From contig NW_026867491.1 of NCBI RefSeq assembly GCF_020745735.1, forward strand, positions 186,001-250,000: a stretch of 64,000 nucleotides of DNA. The letters are read 5' to 3'. This document shows positions 10,184 to 23,822 of the stretch, one piece after another; within the stretch, counting starts at the first letter, position 1, and each line of letters begins with the position of its first letter. Origin of the DNA: Hemiscyllium ocellatum. Taxonomy: Eukaryota. Below the pieces are notes generated by a model that was not told the DNA's origin, did no database searches, and saw only the letters and a program-made list of their open reading frames with translations. Position numbers and translations under genes: made by a program.

Positions 10184-13100
10184 TCCTTGCTGGTGCCTCT
10201 CTGTCTGACCTGCTGTTTGTGTATTGTTGGGTTGTGGAACTGCCCTTGGGGCTTTGAGATACCTGTGGTGCTCTGTCATTGTTAGTGAGGTTGAAGTGTA
10301 TTCCTTTGTCCGTGTGTGCTGTCGGGTTTGGTTTGCGAGCCGACATGGGCATTCTGGGTGTTTTAGGTACAGTTTGGCCAATTTTGCTTTTGTGGGTTGG
10401 CAGAGTGGCAGATCTTTTTCCACAATCTCTCCCCCCCCCTCACCCCCCCATTTCTTTTTGTTTTGCTTAGGGGAGGGACGAGAAGGGGCAATGTAGCTGG
10501 ACTCAGGGGGATTGTCGGGTGGGGGTCGCGGTATCAGACAGATAGCTCTCAGTGTCTGAGTCTGGTCCAGGAGAGGTTATTTTAGGGGCAGGGATGTTCT
10601 CCCAGTGGATCTGTGCAAGCTGAGTGGTGAGGGTAACAGAATTGTACATAGGCATGAACAGCACAGTCGGATAGCCATGGCTAGCACTCTAAGCCCGGTA
10701 ATGATAGCGATGAGGACTATCAGTCCCTGCAGTCAGGCTCTGCGCATGCCCTCTTTCACAGCGAGTGGGCAGTCCAGGGCCATCCTGTTCTGCAGAGCCA
10801 CTGTACAGATGGCAACAGCCTCCACATTCAGCTGGGCGAGTGTGTCTGCTGTGGAGTTTGTCACCTCCTGTACTATGACAGCAAGTTTGTGGGCTTCTAC
10901 CTGTAACTGTAAGGTTGCAGAGTGGGGTGACATCAGGTAGAGAGCTGCTTCGATGGCAGCGAGGGCTTGTCTGCTGGGTGGCATGGGCTTTGGGAAGGGA
11001 GGGGACTGGGAGTGATAAATGAATGGTACCGCATACCCAACATTGTAGCTCCCAGTCCAGGGCAACAGCAGCCAGGGGTAGGCTTTGTGGCCACAGATAA
11101 AATAGGTGCCATTGTCAGTTGGAGATGGAGTGTCTGGGTCCCTGTCCAGCTGGTGAGGAAGGTGGTATTCTGGGTGATCCTTTTGAGGATCTGTCGGTTT
11201 AAAATGCTGCCTTCTGCAGCGGATCAGCATGCTGTGGGAGTTAGGAGCAGGGGGTCAGTGCACCGGCTCCAGCCAGCCTCTCATCCGGGTGGCTGTGTGT
11301 GTTTCAAACAGATGGATCCCGCGGGTGGTCCGTGTGGGCTGGTGTCAGCAATGGTCAGGGCTGGGGGCTCATGGGAGGGGTTGTAGGCCGGATAAAACCA
11401 CCCTTTAAATTTGTCCAGGTGGTAACCCGCAGACCTCCAGCGGGCTGGGCTGTTGTCCCCATATTTGGTCATTGCTGGTGGTATTTTGAGTGTGGTAACT
11501 TCAGGGAACCTGTCTGGTTCCAGGCACCATTCCGCCATGTCAGAGATATTGAAGGGGATTGAGGCGAAGGAAATGCCCCCCCGTGAGAGTGGACAGGGAT
11601 CTAGTGCAGACCCAGCAGCGGGTCTGATTAAATCTCTGGGCATACCCATGGGCCATTTTGAGGAAGGTGTTGACCTGCAAATCACAGTGGGTTATGAAAT
11701 GTGCTGCCCCTGGGCCCTGTTTACCAGCAAGCCACAGTGTGATGGTCAGACAGATCAGATGGTGATGGCTGCCGCGAGCAGCTGGATCCATCCTGGGTGG
11801 TCGGAGTGGTGCCTTCCTCTGTGTGGTCCCTGTTCAGAGGTTGTGGAGCCCTCTTGCAGCGGGTGGCATGTGTCCATTCGGGCCATCCTTCCAGTTTCAC
11901 AGCAGTCCAGGTTGTCATCAGGATCAGGTACAGGCCTTTCCACCGAGGGGAGAGAGAATCTTTTTGTGGTGATTTTATCATGACATAGTCCCCGGGTCAG
12001 AACAGATGAATGGGCACTGATTGGGGTGTGGACAACGCAGCCCTGACCTGGTTGTGTGTAGCACTAATGCTCCTGCTAAGGGCCTGGACATACTCTAGTG
12101 GGGCCTCTTGTGTCAGAAGCGGGGCTGTGTCTGTGGTGAGTGTCAGGGCTCTGGTGACAGTGAGCATAGGCTGCCCCATAAGTCCTTGAAAAGGGGTGAG
12201 CACAGCTGTTCAGTTTGGCTGTGCATGTGTAGCACAGAGGGCAAGTGGCAAGGCGTCTGACCAGGTCAGTCCTGTTTTCTGGGTGGTTTTAGTCAGTGTG
12301 GTCTTCAGGATGCCACTCATCCGCTCGACCATGCCTGACGACTGGTGTTGGTAGGGGATGGGGTGTTGCTGTGGTATCCCTAGTGCCTCGCTAATGGTGG
12401 TCACAAGCCAAGCTGTGAGTGAGTCCCCCTCTCCGTCTCTATGCTACTGGGAACTCCAAATCTGGGGATGACATCCTTTAGGAAGCATTTTACTACCATA
12501 CGTGCATCATCCTTTCTTGTGGGAAATGCTTCCACCCATTTGGAGAACAAGTCTATGATGACCAGGATGTACTTGTAACCCTGTTTTTGGGACATGTTGT
12601 GAAGTCAATCTGTAAGTGGCTGAAGGTCCCTCAGGAATTGGCAGGTACTTGGCAACTGGCTTCCCTGCATTGTTCTGCCAGCAGATGAGGCACTGTGATA
12701 TCAGGGCTTGGGCAGCAGCAGTGAATCCTGTTGCATACCAGGACTGTGTTACAGTGTGTATCATGCCCCTCTTGCCCGTGTGGCCAATGCTGTGGGCTGC
12801 TAGGGCCAGTGTGTGTAGGTGGGCACTTGGGCAAATGATGCGGCCATCAGGGTGCATTAGCAGGTTGAGGGAAGGAGATTGTGTGGCCCCAATGCAGACC
12901 CAACTGTCCTTTTTCTGCTTTGGAGCAGTTTCTTGGGTAGCTTGCACAGCCTCCATGGGGTCAGGGAATACTGGGGCCTTCACTATTCCGGGGGCCTGCA
13001 GGCTGTAGATGGTGGGGTGCAGTGTGACTTCCGGGCTGCTGTGTCAGCTGAGGCATTCCCGAGGGTGACCGGGTCAGTGGCAGAGGTATGGGCACGGCAT

Positions 13101-14123
13101 TTGATCATTGCTAGGGCTGAGGGTAACGGGGAAGCTTCCAGGAGATTAGAAATCAGCGCAGCGTGTTGTAGTGGCCTCCCTGCTGACGTGATGAAGACTC
13201 TCTGTTTCCAGAATGTGCCAAAATCATGGATGACTCCGAAGGCATATCTGGAGTCAGGATAAATGTTTGCTGTGTGTCCTTTAGCAATGACACAAGCCGT
13301 AGTGAGTGCAGTTTGTGCAGATGTGCCATTTGGCAGTGCAGCTAACTCTAGGACTGAGAAAGGAGTGCAGATGGCATACCCTGCCAGTGTGCAGTGGTCT
13401 GAGGGCCTGAAGGATGAGCCATACGTATAGAGTATGAGGTCAGAGTTGTCTAGAGGTGTTTCAGAGAGGTCAGGGCATGGGACAACGACCTGCTGGACAA
13501 TGTCTAAACAGTCGTGGTCATCTGTAATGGTGGTCAGAGTGAGTGGGAGCAGGGTGGCGGGGTTCGGGGCAGGGGCACGTTGTAGGGACAGGTTGGCTTT
13601 AGGTAGTAAAGCAACCTTAGCCAATTGTCTGGGTGGCAGTGAAATGTTGCTGCTAGAAATGGAGTAATCTAGATACAATGATGCTAATCAGAAACAGTTA
13701 TCAGAGGAATGTCCTAATTCTCTACACAAAGCAACATTCTGACAGTATCGATGGATCAGGAGCTTCCATTCCTCTTCGCAGGGAGGTGCTAATGTCTCCT
13801 CTGAAGTGGTGAGTTGCTTCCATTGTCCTGTCCTGGGAGTAGTGCTTTTGCTGGTGCCTCTCTGTCTCACCTGTCCTTTGTGTGGCTTTGGTGTTGCTGG
13901 GTTGTGAAGCTGCCCTCGGGGCTTTGGGATAGCTGTGGTGCTCTGTCATTGTTAGTGGGTGCTTGAAGTGTACAGGTATTCCCTTGTCTGCGAGTGCTGT
14001 CTAGTTTCGCTTGTCAGCCTGCTTGGTCCGTGCTGATGCATTCTGGGTGTTTCGGTACAGTTTGGCCAATTTTGCTTTTGTGGGCCTATTGTGGGGTGCC
14101 AGGGTAGCAGATCTTTTCCCACA
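10184..14123 (-). mobile_element. Degenerate class I (gamma/epsilon-like) ERV: LTR-like ends, RNase H, integrase and env; gag-pro-RT deleted
   Basis: RNase H LILYTYGSSF..NIYPDSRYAFGVIHDFG..IKCRAHT..GNASAD (12983-13630). Integrase HHCC and YKYILVIIDLFSKWVEAFP..IPRFGVP (12400-12830). env CWVC and LQNRMALD (10620-11791). Polypurine tract (10425-10440) abuts a TG-starting repeat 10184-10424 that recurs at ~13847-14123. Confidence 0.9.
10620..11791 (-). pseudogene. env: Frameshifted gamma-type env of ERV-1
   Basis: NTFLKMAHGYAQRFNQTRCWVC, NGTYFICGHKAYPWL and the ISD-like VALQNRMALD are spread over different frames. Confidence 0.85.
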
Positions 14124-15397
14124 TACAATTACCAAGAATACTTGGATTCCTGAGAAGGATTCACGTGAATCCTAGAGAGATGTTGCATCCTTTGCACTAT
14201 TCCCAGAAAGTGAATGAACTATCAAGACTCTTGTAAAGATTCATGGGAACTCTTGCAGGGATGTAAAGAAAACTAGATTTACAATTTAAGGCTATACATC
14301 CCATTCTGCTAAGTTACTCCAGTTAATTGGTAACTTTTATTTGTTTAAAAATGTGAACTTAATGAGAAGTTTTTCCAGTTAATCACTGGGTATTCAAATT
14401 TCTCTTCAGAATTAAAGATCATAACAAAACAGGGTGTCATTGTGGGATGTTGAATCTGTAGTATGTGTTTGGTAAAATTTGGATGAACAATATTTCAAAG
14501 TGAATCTTATCATGTTAGGTACTAAGACTTTCTGGAGAGGAAAGATTTGCCCTTGTGTGTTTTGCAACACTTAATCAAGGTCAGTTCAATAGAATAAGCA
14601 GACAGGTTGATGCTCAAGTTGAGGGCTGTGGCAAAACATCAGAAATAATGCAGGCAGTAGCACGGCAATTAGAGTTAGAAAGTTAGCTAAAAAAGTATAA
14701 AAACAGGTTGGAATTTTTTTTCAGCTTTTCTTTAAAGAAGTTATCAAAATAAGTGTTGGTGGTACAGAAAATGGGGATTCAGTAACGGAGGATAAAGAGA
14801 TGGCAGGTGAATTGAAAAGAATTTGAATCTGACTTCACTAGAGAGGATACAAGTAACACCCTAGAACTAGCTGTAAATCAGGAATTGAAAGGGAGGGAGG
14901 AACTGAAGAAAATTACAATCACCAAGGAACTAGTACTGAGTAAACTGTTGGAACTAAGAGCTGATAAGTCCCGGGTATTTGAAGGAATTCATCCTAGACT
15001 CTTAAATAGAAATTAGCAAGTGAAATAAGACCATAAGACATAGGAGTGGAAGGAAGGCCATTCGGCCCATCGAGTCCACTCGACCATTCAATCATGGCTG
15101 ATGGGCATTTCAACTCCACTTACCCGCATTCTCCCCGTAATAGTTAATGTATTGATTTTAATTTTCCAAACCTCATTAGTTTCAGGGATGGTTTCTTTAA
15201 ATTGGAAAAATCCTTTCTTCAAAAAAGCAGACCGAGAACAGGAAACTGCAGAGCATTTAACTCAACATATGTGATGGGGAAAATGTTCAAAGCTATTATC
15301 AAAGATATTATGACAGGGCATTTGTATAAGTTCAAGGTATTCAGGCAGCGTGAATGTGTTTTTGTCAATGAGAAATAATGTTGTAATGATTTTTTGA

Positions 15398-15660
15398 AGA
15401 ACGGCCTCTCCGCACTGCGACTGAGCTGATGAATCTCCAGTGCCCACGGGGAATGGAATCCCTTCCCTCAGTCCCCACATTTCCACAACTTCTCCACCGT
15501 TCTGGTGACTTTTTGGCTCTGTGTTTCCGATGAACAATTGAAAGTGTGATCACACTCAGGAAACGTGTACAGTTACTCCCTCCTGCGAATAGTGTAATGT
15601 TTCTTCAGTCTGTATAACAGGTTAAAGCGCTGCCCACAGTCCACTCACGCGGAGACTCTC
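15398..15660 (-). pseudogene. C2H2 ZNF pseudogene fragment
   Basis: The minus strand reads ..[57 protein letters not shown], with stops and a frameshift. Confidence 0.8.
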
Positions 15661-15789
15661 TCAACAAGGGGAAAAGACATACAAAGGTTGAGCAGCGAGA
15701 CAAAATGCAAAAGCAATAAAATGTCGAACACGGGGAAAAAATATTGTGGCTCTACCCCTTTTTTTTCCTGTTGGCATTTGGGCACTTAA

Positions 15790-16106
15790 AATCTGTCAGT
15801 AACACCAGCATCCCGATAGAGCATACAGCGCATGTTTGCCGGTGTCAGCAACGCCATGCGCATGCTCACCGGGTGTCAGCAAAACACTGGGCATGCTCGT
15901 CGCAGTCCGCACAAAAAGGCGCGCGATCTTCTTTTGATTGACCAATAGGGAGTACTGGAGGACCGGAAGGAGTCTAGTCTTCCTGCCAATCAGAGCCACC
16001 CCATTGTCTGAATGCGGAAGTTGGACCATGAGCTCCTGTTTCTCCGAGTGAAGATTGAGCTTCACCCCAGACTGCAATCTCCTTCCTCTGTCCAACATCT
16101 GTGAGT
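15790..16106 (+). promoter_or_regulatory. Promoter plus short first exon, type B (ZNF2); donor GTGAGT at 16101
   Basis: NRF1-like GCGCATG repeats, two CCAAT boxes (gaccaatag, gccaatcag), ETS CCGGAAG and GCGGAAGT, consensus donor. Three more paralogues occur in the window. Confidence 0.7.
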
Positions 16107-16426
16107 ACGGCACTCTCTTTTCTCACCACCTTTTCCAATTTTTTTTTTTCATTCTGGGGTTCAGTTGTTGACTTGCAGCAACTGAAAGGTGGGGACAGAC
16201 TCTGGAAACGTTGCTCCACGTCTGTGTCGCAATTGGCAAAATAGACAGGCAGGAGGCTGGAAGAACAGAACAAACCAGGTAACATCAGGAGGTGGAGAAG
16301 TCGACGTTTCAGGTGTAACCCTTCTTCAGGATTGGGGATGGGTGCAGATAAAGGGTGTCCTGGGGGCAGGGTGGTGAAGTGGGGATAGGTGAAAGGTCTG
16401 ACCTGGTTGGTGAATGGGAGGAATAA

Positions 16427-16643
16427 GAGTAAAAAATGAGGTCTGCAGATGCTGGAGATCACAGCTGCAAATGTGTTGCTGGTCAAAGCACAGCAGGCCA
16501 GGCAGCATCTCAGGAATAGAGAATTCGACGTTTCGAGCATAAGCCCTTCATCAGGATGAAGGGCTTATGCTCGAAACGTCGAATTCTCTATTCCCGAGAT
16601 GCTGCCTGGCCTGCTGTGCTTTGACCAGCAACACATTTGCAGC
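16427..16643. mobile_element. Young Penelope-derived insertion forming an 89-bp-arm palindrome, with a 15-bp TSD
   Basis: Arms 16464-16552 and 16555-16643 with 1 mismatch. GAATGGGAGGAATAA at 16412-16426 and 16644-16658. Confidence 0.85.
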
Positions 16644-18929
16644 GAATGGGAGGAATAAATCTGGTTTGTGACAGGGAGGAGCGGAAATGAGGGGGAGGGG
16701 TTGAGAAGGGAGTCAAGGGGTGGGGCGGGGATGGGAAGTGAGGTTTGAGACTGGAGAGCTCAATGTTGAGTTCTTTGGGCTATATGCTACCCAGGCGGAA
16801 TTTGAGGTGTTGTTCCTCCAATTTGCTGTTTGGTTCATTGTGGCAATGGAGAAGGCCTAAGATAGTCTTTTCAGAAAGGGAGTGGGAAGGGGAATTAAAA
16901 TGGGTAGTGACTGTGGACCCGCCTGCGACGCTCAGCAACCGTTCCCAAGTTTATGCTCAGTCTCCCCAATGTAGAGAAGATCACAATTGGAAAATATGTG
17001 AGAAAGAGTACAACAATGTGAAGTTGTGAAAAAGAGCAGAAAGGAAGTGTATTATTTAAATGGTGATAAACTGAGACGTGGAGAAAGTGAGATCTGCAGA
17101 TGCTGATGATTAGAGTCAGTAAGTGTGGCGCTGGAAAAGCACAGCAGGCCAGACAGCATCCGAGAGGCAGGATAGTCGATGTTTCGGGCCCAAGGGAATA
17201 GGGAATGATATGTGGATGTAGAAAGGGGGCTCAGTGTCTTTCTACACCAGTCACTGCCAGTTGTCAGACAGGTGCAGCAAGCAATCAGCAAGGCAAGTGG
17301 TATATTAACAAGAGGGATTGTGTTCAGAAGTGGGGATGTCTTCCTGTAGTTAGGGGTCATTGAATATATTCAAGGCTGAGTTCATCTGAGTTTTGAGCAA
17401 CAAAGAAGTGGATGTTTATGGGGGAAAGCAAGAAAATGTTTTTAAGACAAGTACAGAACAGTTAGAGGCATACAGCAAAGAAACAGACCACTCAGTCCAA
17501 CTAGTCCATGCTGAATATATTCACAAACTAATCTAGTCCCACCTGCCAGTGTTTGGCCCATATCCCTCCGAACCTTTCCTATTCATGTATTTAACCGAAT
17601 ATCTTTTGAAAGTAACATCACTTCCTCTGGATATTCATTCCACACATGAACCACTATATTTGAAAAAAAGCTGTCTCAAGTCTTTTCAAAACCTTTCTCC
17701 TCTCTCCTTTCCAAATTTGCTGCCTAATCCTGAAACCCCCACCTGAGGGAAATGACACCTGCCATTCACCGCATGTATACTTCTCATGATTTTATAAACC
17801 TCTATAAGGTCACTTCTCAACCTCCTGTGCTCCAGTGAAGAAAGTCCCAGCTTATCACCGAGATGTAGGAAGATTCATATCCAGTTATGGTCTGTTCAAT
17901 GCTGGTTCAGGCTCGAAAGACCAAATGGCCGACTCCTGCTCCCAATTCTCACACTCTGTGTTCGAAGTTTAAAAATCAAAATCACAGGGTTATGGTCCAA
18001 CAGGTTTATTTGGAAGCACTAGCTTTCAAACTGCTGCTCCTTCATCAGGTGGTTGTGAAGAATAAGATTGTAAGACACTGAATTTAGCAAAAGTTTACAG
18101 TGGGATGTAACTGAAATTATATATTGAAAAAGAGCTGGGTTATTTGTTAAGTCTCTCCTCTTTTAGAATAACCATGTTGGTTTCAGTTCTTTCATATGTA
18201 AATAGCAAAACTTTTTTTAAAAGTTCCATTCCCAATTGCTGTCATGTTGTCCCAGATAACGTATTGAAGGTGTGAGTTTCCCTGTGTGAGGCTGTCTGTA
18301 CCACAATGGTTAGACTGATTCTAATCTTAAAAAATGGATTAATAGAATCTTACTTGGATTCATGCAGTTGTGTCCAGGACAGCAAGAGACCATCAGATAT
18401 AGGAACAGCAATTAGGCCATTCAGCCCATTGGGTTTGCTCATACCATTCAATCGTGGCTGTTAAGTTTCTTATCTGCATTCTCCTGCTTTTTCTCTGTAA
18501 CCCTGGATCCCCTTGATACTCAAGGACCTATCTATCTCAGTCTTAAATATTCTCAGTGACCTGGCCTTCACAGCCTTCAGTGGCAGTTAATTCCATAGAT
18601 TCATTACTCTCTGGCTGAAGACGTTTGTCCTTATCTCCAATATAAAGGGTCTTCCCTTTACTCTAAGACTGTGTCTCGAGTCCAGTCTCTCTTCCCAATG
18701 GAAAGATCTTCCCAACATCCACTCTGTCCAGGCCATTCAGTATTCTGTATGTTTCAATTAGATCTCCCCTGAGTGTGGGCCTGTTAAACAGCATGAACCA
18801 GACCCTTCAGGATGAGATACAGCAGGGATTAGGTTCTACAAAGTGAGAAAGGAGGGAGAGTGTGTGGGATGGAGATTTTAACTTCTAGAGAATAAGAGAG
18901 GAAGCAGAATTCACTGTAAATTAGAATTG

Positions 18930-19730
18930 ATCGGATGGACCAATGGGCCAAGGAGTGGCAGGTGGAGTTTAATTTAGAGAAATGTGAGGTTTTGCATTTT
19001 GGTCAAGCAATCCAGACAGGACTGGTACAGTGAAGGGGAGTGTTGCAGAACAAAGAGACCTTGGAGTGCAGGTTCATAGTTCCTTGAAAATGGACTCTCA
19101 GGTAGACAGGATAGTGAAGAATGTGTTTGGTATGCTTTCCTTTATTAGTCAGAGCATTGTGTATAGGCATTGGGAGGTCATGTTGTGGCTGTATATTGGT
19201 AAGGCGACTTTTGGAATAGTGCGTCCATTTCTGGTCTCCCTGCTTTTGGAAAGAACGTGTGAAACTTTGAGAGGGGTCGGAAAAGATTTGCGAGAATGTT
19301 GCTAGACTTGGAGGGTTTGAACTACATGGAAAGGCTGAGTAGGTCCAGGATATTTTCCCTGGAGCATCTGAGGCTGAGGGGCAGCCTTATAGAGGTTTAT
19401 AACGGGCATGGATAGGGTGAATATCCAAGGTCTTTTTCCCCAAGGTAGGAGAGTCCAAAACTAGAGGGCATATGTTTGAGGTGAAAGGGGAATGATTTAA
19501 AAGGGCCCTGACGGGCAACTTTTTCACGCAGAGGGTTGTGCATGTTTGGAACGAGCTGCCAGAGGAAGTGGTGAGGCTGGTACAATTATATTTAAAATGC
19601 ATCTGGCTGGGTACATGAATAGGAATGGTTTAGAACCATAAGAGCCATATGTTGGCAAATGGGACTAGATTAACTTCAGATAGCTGTTTGGCACAGACGG
19701 GTTTGACCAAAGGGTCTGTTTCCATGCTCT
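18930..19730 (+). mobile_element. CR1 LINE 3' fragment (paralogue at ~38495-39220)
   Basis: ORF 19030 EQRDLGVQVHSSLKMDSQVDRIVK and a CR1 3' tail. Confidence 0.85.
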
Positions 19731-21193
19731 GACCTCATACCTTTAATGCATTGTCTGAGCTGAGATGCCACCTTTTGTTATAAAGCCTTATGTTATCTTG
19801 AGAAGGTGCCTTACAGGAAGTTCTGGGATTTACATATTAATGATACCTGCAATCCATTCTAAAAGATGAAAGACTTAACAATCCAGATTTGTTCAATATA
19901 ACATTTCAGTGGCAGGGCGCAAATGTCTTTCCATAAATTCTGTGCCTTATGGTCTTATTCTCCACAACCACCTGATGAAAGAGCAGTGCTCCAAACGATG
20001 GTCCTTCCAAATAAACCTGTTGGACTATAACCCAGGTTTGTGTGATTTTTAACTTTGCCCAGGTTAGGGTGGATTGACCATGTTAAATTATGCATAATGC
20101 CCAGGGTTGTGCAGGTGAGGGGGGATTGGCCGTATTAAAATACCCATCGTGCCCAAGGAGGTGCAGGTTTGTGTGGGATAGCCATGCTAACTTACACATA
20201 GTGTCCAGGGATGTGCAAGGTAGGGGGAATTGGCCAAGGGATATGCGCCAAGTGCTGGCAAATGGGACTAAATTGATTTACAATATCTGGTCAGCATAGA
20301 CTAATTGGACCAAAGATTCTGTTACTCTGCGGCATATCTTAATGACTCTGGCTTTCTACTAACGTTTGTCACATCTCTTCTGTTCAGTTTCTCTCTGGTG
20401 CCTGTGTTAATGCCTTGATGTGTCTGGTTATTCCTCGATAACCAATCCCGATTTATCCTGAATTGACACATTTTGTTTTGCTTCCCAAAATCAGACCTGC
20501 TCACTCTCAGCAGTATCCCAGTGTTGTGAAAGATGTTAACTTTCAGGTGGAGTTATCCAAGGTCTAAGTCTTGACGTGTTTGCTGTTCTGATCCTGAATC
20601 AGCACCTTCAGGAGAATTGGTTAGAGCAGAGAGAGAGAGAGCGAGAGAGAGAACAAGAAAGAAAAGGATGTTCCTTTCAATTTTGTGGAATAACAAAAGA
20701 AAACAATGTTCCACAGAAAGTAGAATAGCTTGTTCTGAATTTCACTCAGTGCAGGGTAGATGACTTTTGTAATCTCTTTTTCCAGAGTATTTGAAGATCT
20801 GAAGACAGAAGTTTCAAAATGAACAGATGAAGGCCTTATGCCTGAAATGTTGACTCTCCTGCTCCTCGGATGCTGCCCGACCTGCTGTGCTTTTCCAGCA
20901 CCACACTTTTCAACACTGACTCTCCCCTGTCTGCGGTCTTCACTTTCACATCAATATCTGACAGTCACTCAATCGATTGGGACAGCCACGATTTTTGATT
21001 ACAATTCTGTGAGAAGGAGCAAACCTTTTTGGTTCCTATTTCAGGACATTTTCATTGTCAGTGGGACTGGATGAGAGACCCTACTGTTGCTGCGCACTGA
21101 GTGTGGAGTCTGATACAGTTATACGGCCTGGAAAGAGGAATTCCCAGCAGTGAGGGGCAGTACATGCGTTTGTTTGTGGCTGAAGCTTCGGAC

Positions 21194-21967
21194 ATGGAGA
21201 AACCGTGGAAGTGTGGTAACTGTGAGAAAGGCTTCCGTACTCCGTCTGACCTGGAGATTCATCGGCGCACCCACACCGGGGAGAGGCCGTTCTCCTGTCC
21301 CAAGTGCAGGAAGGGCTTTACCCAGGTCTCTGCCCTGCTTAGGCACCAGCGGATCCACACGGGGGAGAGGCCTTTCAGCTGCCCTGAGTGTGGGAAGGCC
21401 TTCAGCGATTCATCCTCCCTACTGACCCACCGGCGAGTCCATACGGGAGAGAGGCCCTTCAGCTGTCACGAGTGCAGGAAGGCCTTCAGCAATTCCTCAT
21501 CCCTGCTGAGGCACCAGCGGGTCCACACGGGAGAGACCCCCTTCAGCTGCCCTGAGTGTGGGAAGGCCTTCAGCCGTTCCTCCACTTTGCTGACCCACCA
21601 GCAGGTCCACACAGGGGAGAGGCCCTTCAGCTGTCCTGATTGCGGGAAGGCCTTCAGCTATTCCTACTCCCTGCTGAGGCACCAGCGGGTCCACACGGGG
21701 GAGAAGCCCTTCAGCTGCCCCGAGTGCGGGAAGGCCTTCAGCTATTCTTCCTCCCTGCTGACCCACCGGCGAGTCCATACAGGGGAGAGGCCCTTCTGCT
21801 GTCCCGAGTGCGGAAAGGCCTTCAGCGATTCCTCCTCCCTGCTGACCCATGGGCGAGTCCACACTGGGGAGAAGCCCTTCAGCTGCCCTGAGTGTGGGAA
21901 GGCCTTCACCCGCTCCTCCCACCTCCGGAGCCACCAGCGACTTCACGTGCCATCGCAGGGAGACTGA
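21194..21967 (+). CDS. C2H2 zinc-finger protein ZNF2 (9 fingers)
   Basis: Open ORF starting [10 protein letters not shown] (an in-frame ATG also at 21164); acceptor tttccag|AG at 20785/20786; AATAAA at 22423. Confidence 0.9.
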   Translation: MEKPWKCGNCEKGFRTPSDLEIHRRTHTGERPFSCPKCRKGFTQVSALLRHQRIHTGERPFSCPECGKAFSDSSSLLTHRRVHTGERPFSCHECRKAFSNSSSLLRHQRVHTGETPFSCPECGKAFSRSSTLLTHQQVHTGERPFSCPDCGKAFSYSYSLLRHQRVHTGEKPFSCPECGKAFSYSSSLLTHRRVHTGERPFCCPECGKAFSDSSSLLTHGRVHTGEKPFSCPECGKAFTRSSHLRSHQRLHVPSQGD

Positions 21968-23259
21968 CGGCGAGTGCCATTATCGACTGGACTGTCAACT
22001 CAGTTCTGGGATCTGTTGGGTTTGAATCCCACCGCGGCAGAATTGGAATACGGTCAGAACCTAACGATGAAACCATTTTCTGTGGGGGAGGGGTTGTTTT
22101 TTTTAAGGGAAAGAAACTGCCGTTGTGGGAAAGGATTCGCTCAGTCGTCCCAGCTGCATCCTTTACCCGGTCTGGCCTACACGTGACTCCCGACCCACAG
22201 CAGTCTGTTTCACTCCACACTGCCCCCGTTCCCGGCCCCACGGGTTAAGGCTGTACCAAGGATCCAATTACCAAGGGACAACTCTGTGCTGTCCGATAGT
22301 AGAGAAAGTGGGGTGGGGGAGGGGGAGTGTGTGCGCTTTGACCTTGAGATGTTTAAAAAGCTGCTACTTTCTCTCCCCCTTTTTGCTGGGGGGGATCTGA
22401 AGCTGTAACAAAGTTGGGTCACAATAAAGATTACCTGAACTTACTGCCGGGCTCAGACTCTCATTGAAAGCTTTGAGCTCCAGATGGTCTTTGTTTTAAA
22501 GCTGCTCATTTCTTCCAGCCTCCTGCACTAAGTTTCTAATGTCGTGTATCAGATGGAGCAGTGAATGAGGAGCTGGTATCGTTAGAAATTGTAAATTTTT
22601 AAGGAGTACAGGTGCTGCATCGTTTCATCAACATTGTAAAGGTTACTGGCAGCAGTGGGAGATATGGGCTGTGTTCGCTCGAAACTCTTCTCTTTAAAAT
22701 TTGAGAGTAGCTAAAATGTTATTTCGGAAACATCACTGAAGTCTAAACTCATTTCAATTTTTTAAAAGAGCTGCTGAAATCTTTCTGAAACTTGCACTGA
22801 AATATGTGCAGTTAGGCCACAGCTCAGGACAGGCTGGAAGGGGTGAATGACCTATTCCTCATTTTGTGAAATTGGTTTCAACTATGTAGACATAGTCATC
22901 GAGTTGTAGAGCCGGAAACAAACCCCCCAGTCCATATCTTAAATGAATCTAGTGACCCATTTGCCAGCATTTGGCCTATGTTCATCTGTCCCCTTCCTAT
23001 TCATATCCCATCCAGATGCCTTTTAAATGTTGTAATTGTACCAGCCTCCACCACTTCTGCTGGCAGGTCATTCCATAAACGCACCACCCTCTGCATGATA
23101 ATGTTGCCCCTCAGGTCCCTTTCCCCACTCACCTTCAACCTATGCCTCCTCAGTGCTGGACTCCTCTACCTGGGGAATGACCTTGGATATTCACCCTCTC
23201 CATGCCCCTTACAAATGTCTATAATTTTGAAGAGAAAATGAGGACTGCAGATGCTAGAC

Positions 23260-23822
23260 ATCATTCCCGCCCCACCCCAACTTTATCCAAGTCCCATGCC
23301 TTCAACTCAGCACCACCCTCTTGACCTGTCCATCAACTTTTCAATCTATCAGCTCCACCCACTTCTCCAACCTATCCATCGCCAAACCGTTACTACCCGA
23401 TGCCTGGAGGAGGACCGCTTCATATTCTGCTTTGCGATCCTGCAACCACACAGGACAAGTGTGGATTTCAACAGTTTCCTCACCTCCCCCACTTTATCCC
23501 AGTCCCAAGCCACCAACTCGGCACTGCCCTTCTGACCTGTCCATCATTTTTCCTATCTATCTGCACCATAACCCCCTCCGAACTATCATCTTGCGCCCCC
23601 CCCCCCCCACCCAACAACCATCTCACACATACACACACCTTCATGTACCTATGGCATTCTCAGCTACTTTCTCCCCCAACCCCATCCACTTCCCATTTAT
23701 CTCTCAGCACCCCTGGCCCACAAACTTCATTCCTGATGAAGGGCTTATGCCCAAAACGTCAATTCTCCTGCTCCTTGGCTGCTGCCTGACCTGCTATGGT
23801 TTTCCAGCACCACACTCTCGGC
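23260..23822 (+). mobile_element. Penelope-like element 3' end (family 1)
   Basis: RCLEEDRFIFCFAILQPH..DFNSF tail, pyrimidine-rich UTR, CTGATGAAGGGCTTATGCCCAAAACGTC at ~23733. Confidence 0.8.

Noticed and set aside
14130-14430. Possible further LTR ending in TCATAACA
   Set aside because: No second copy, convincing PBS or internal domain was found.
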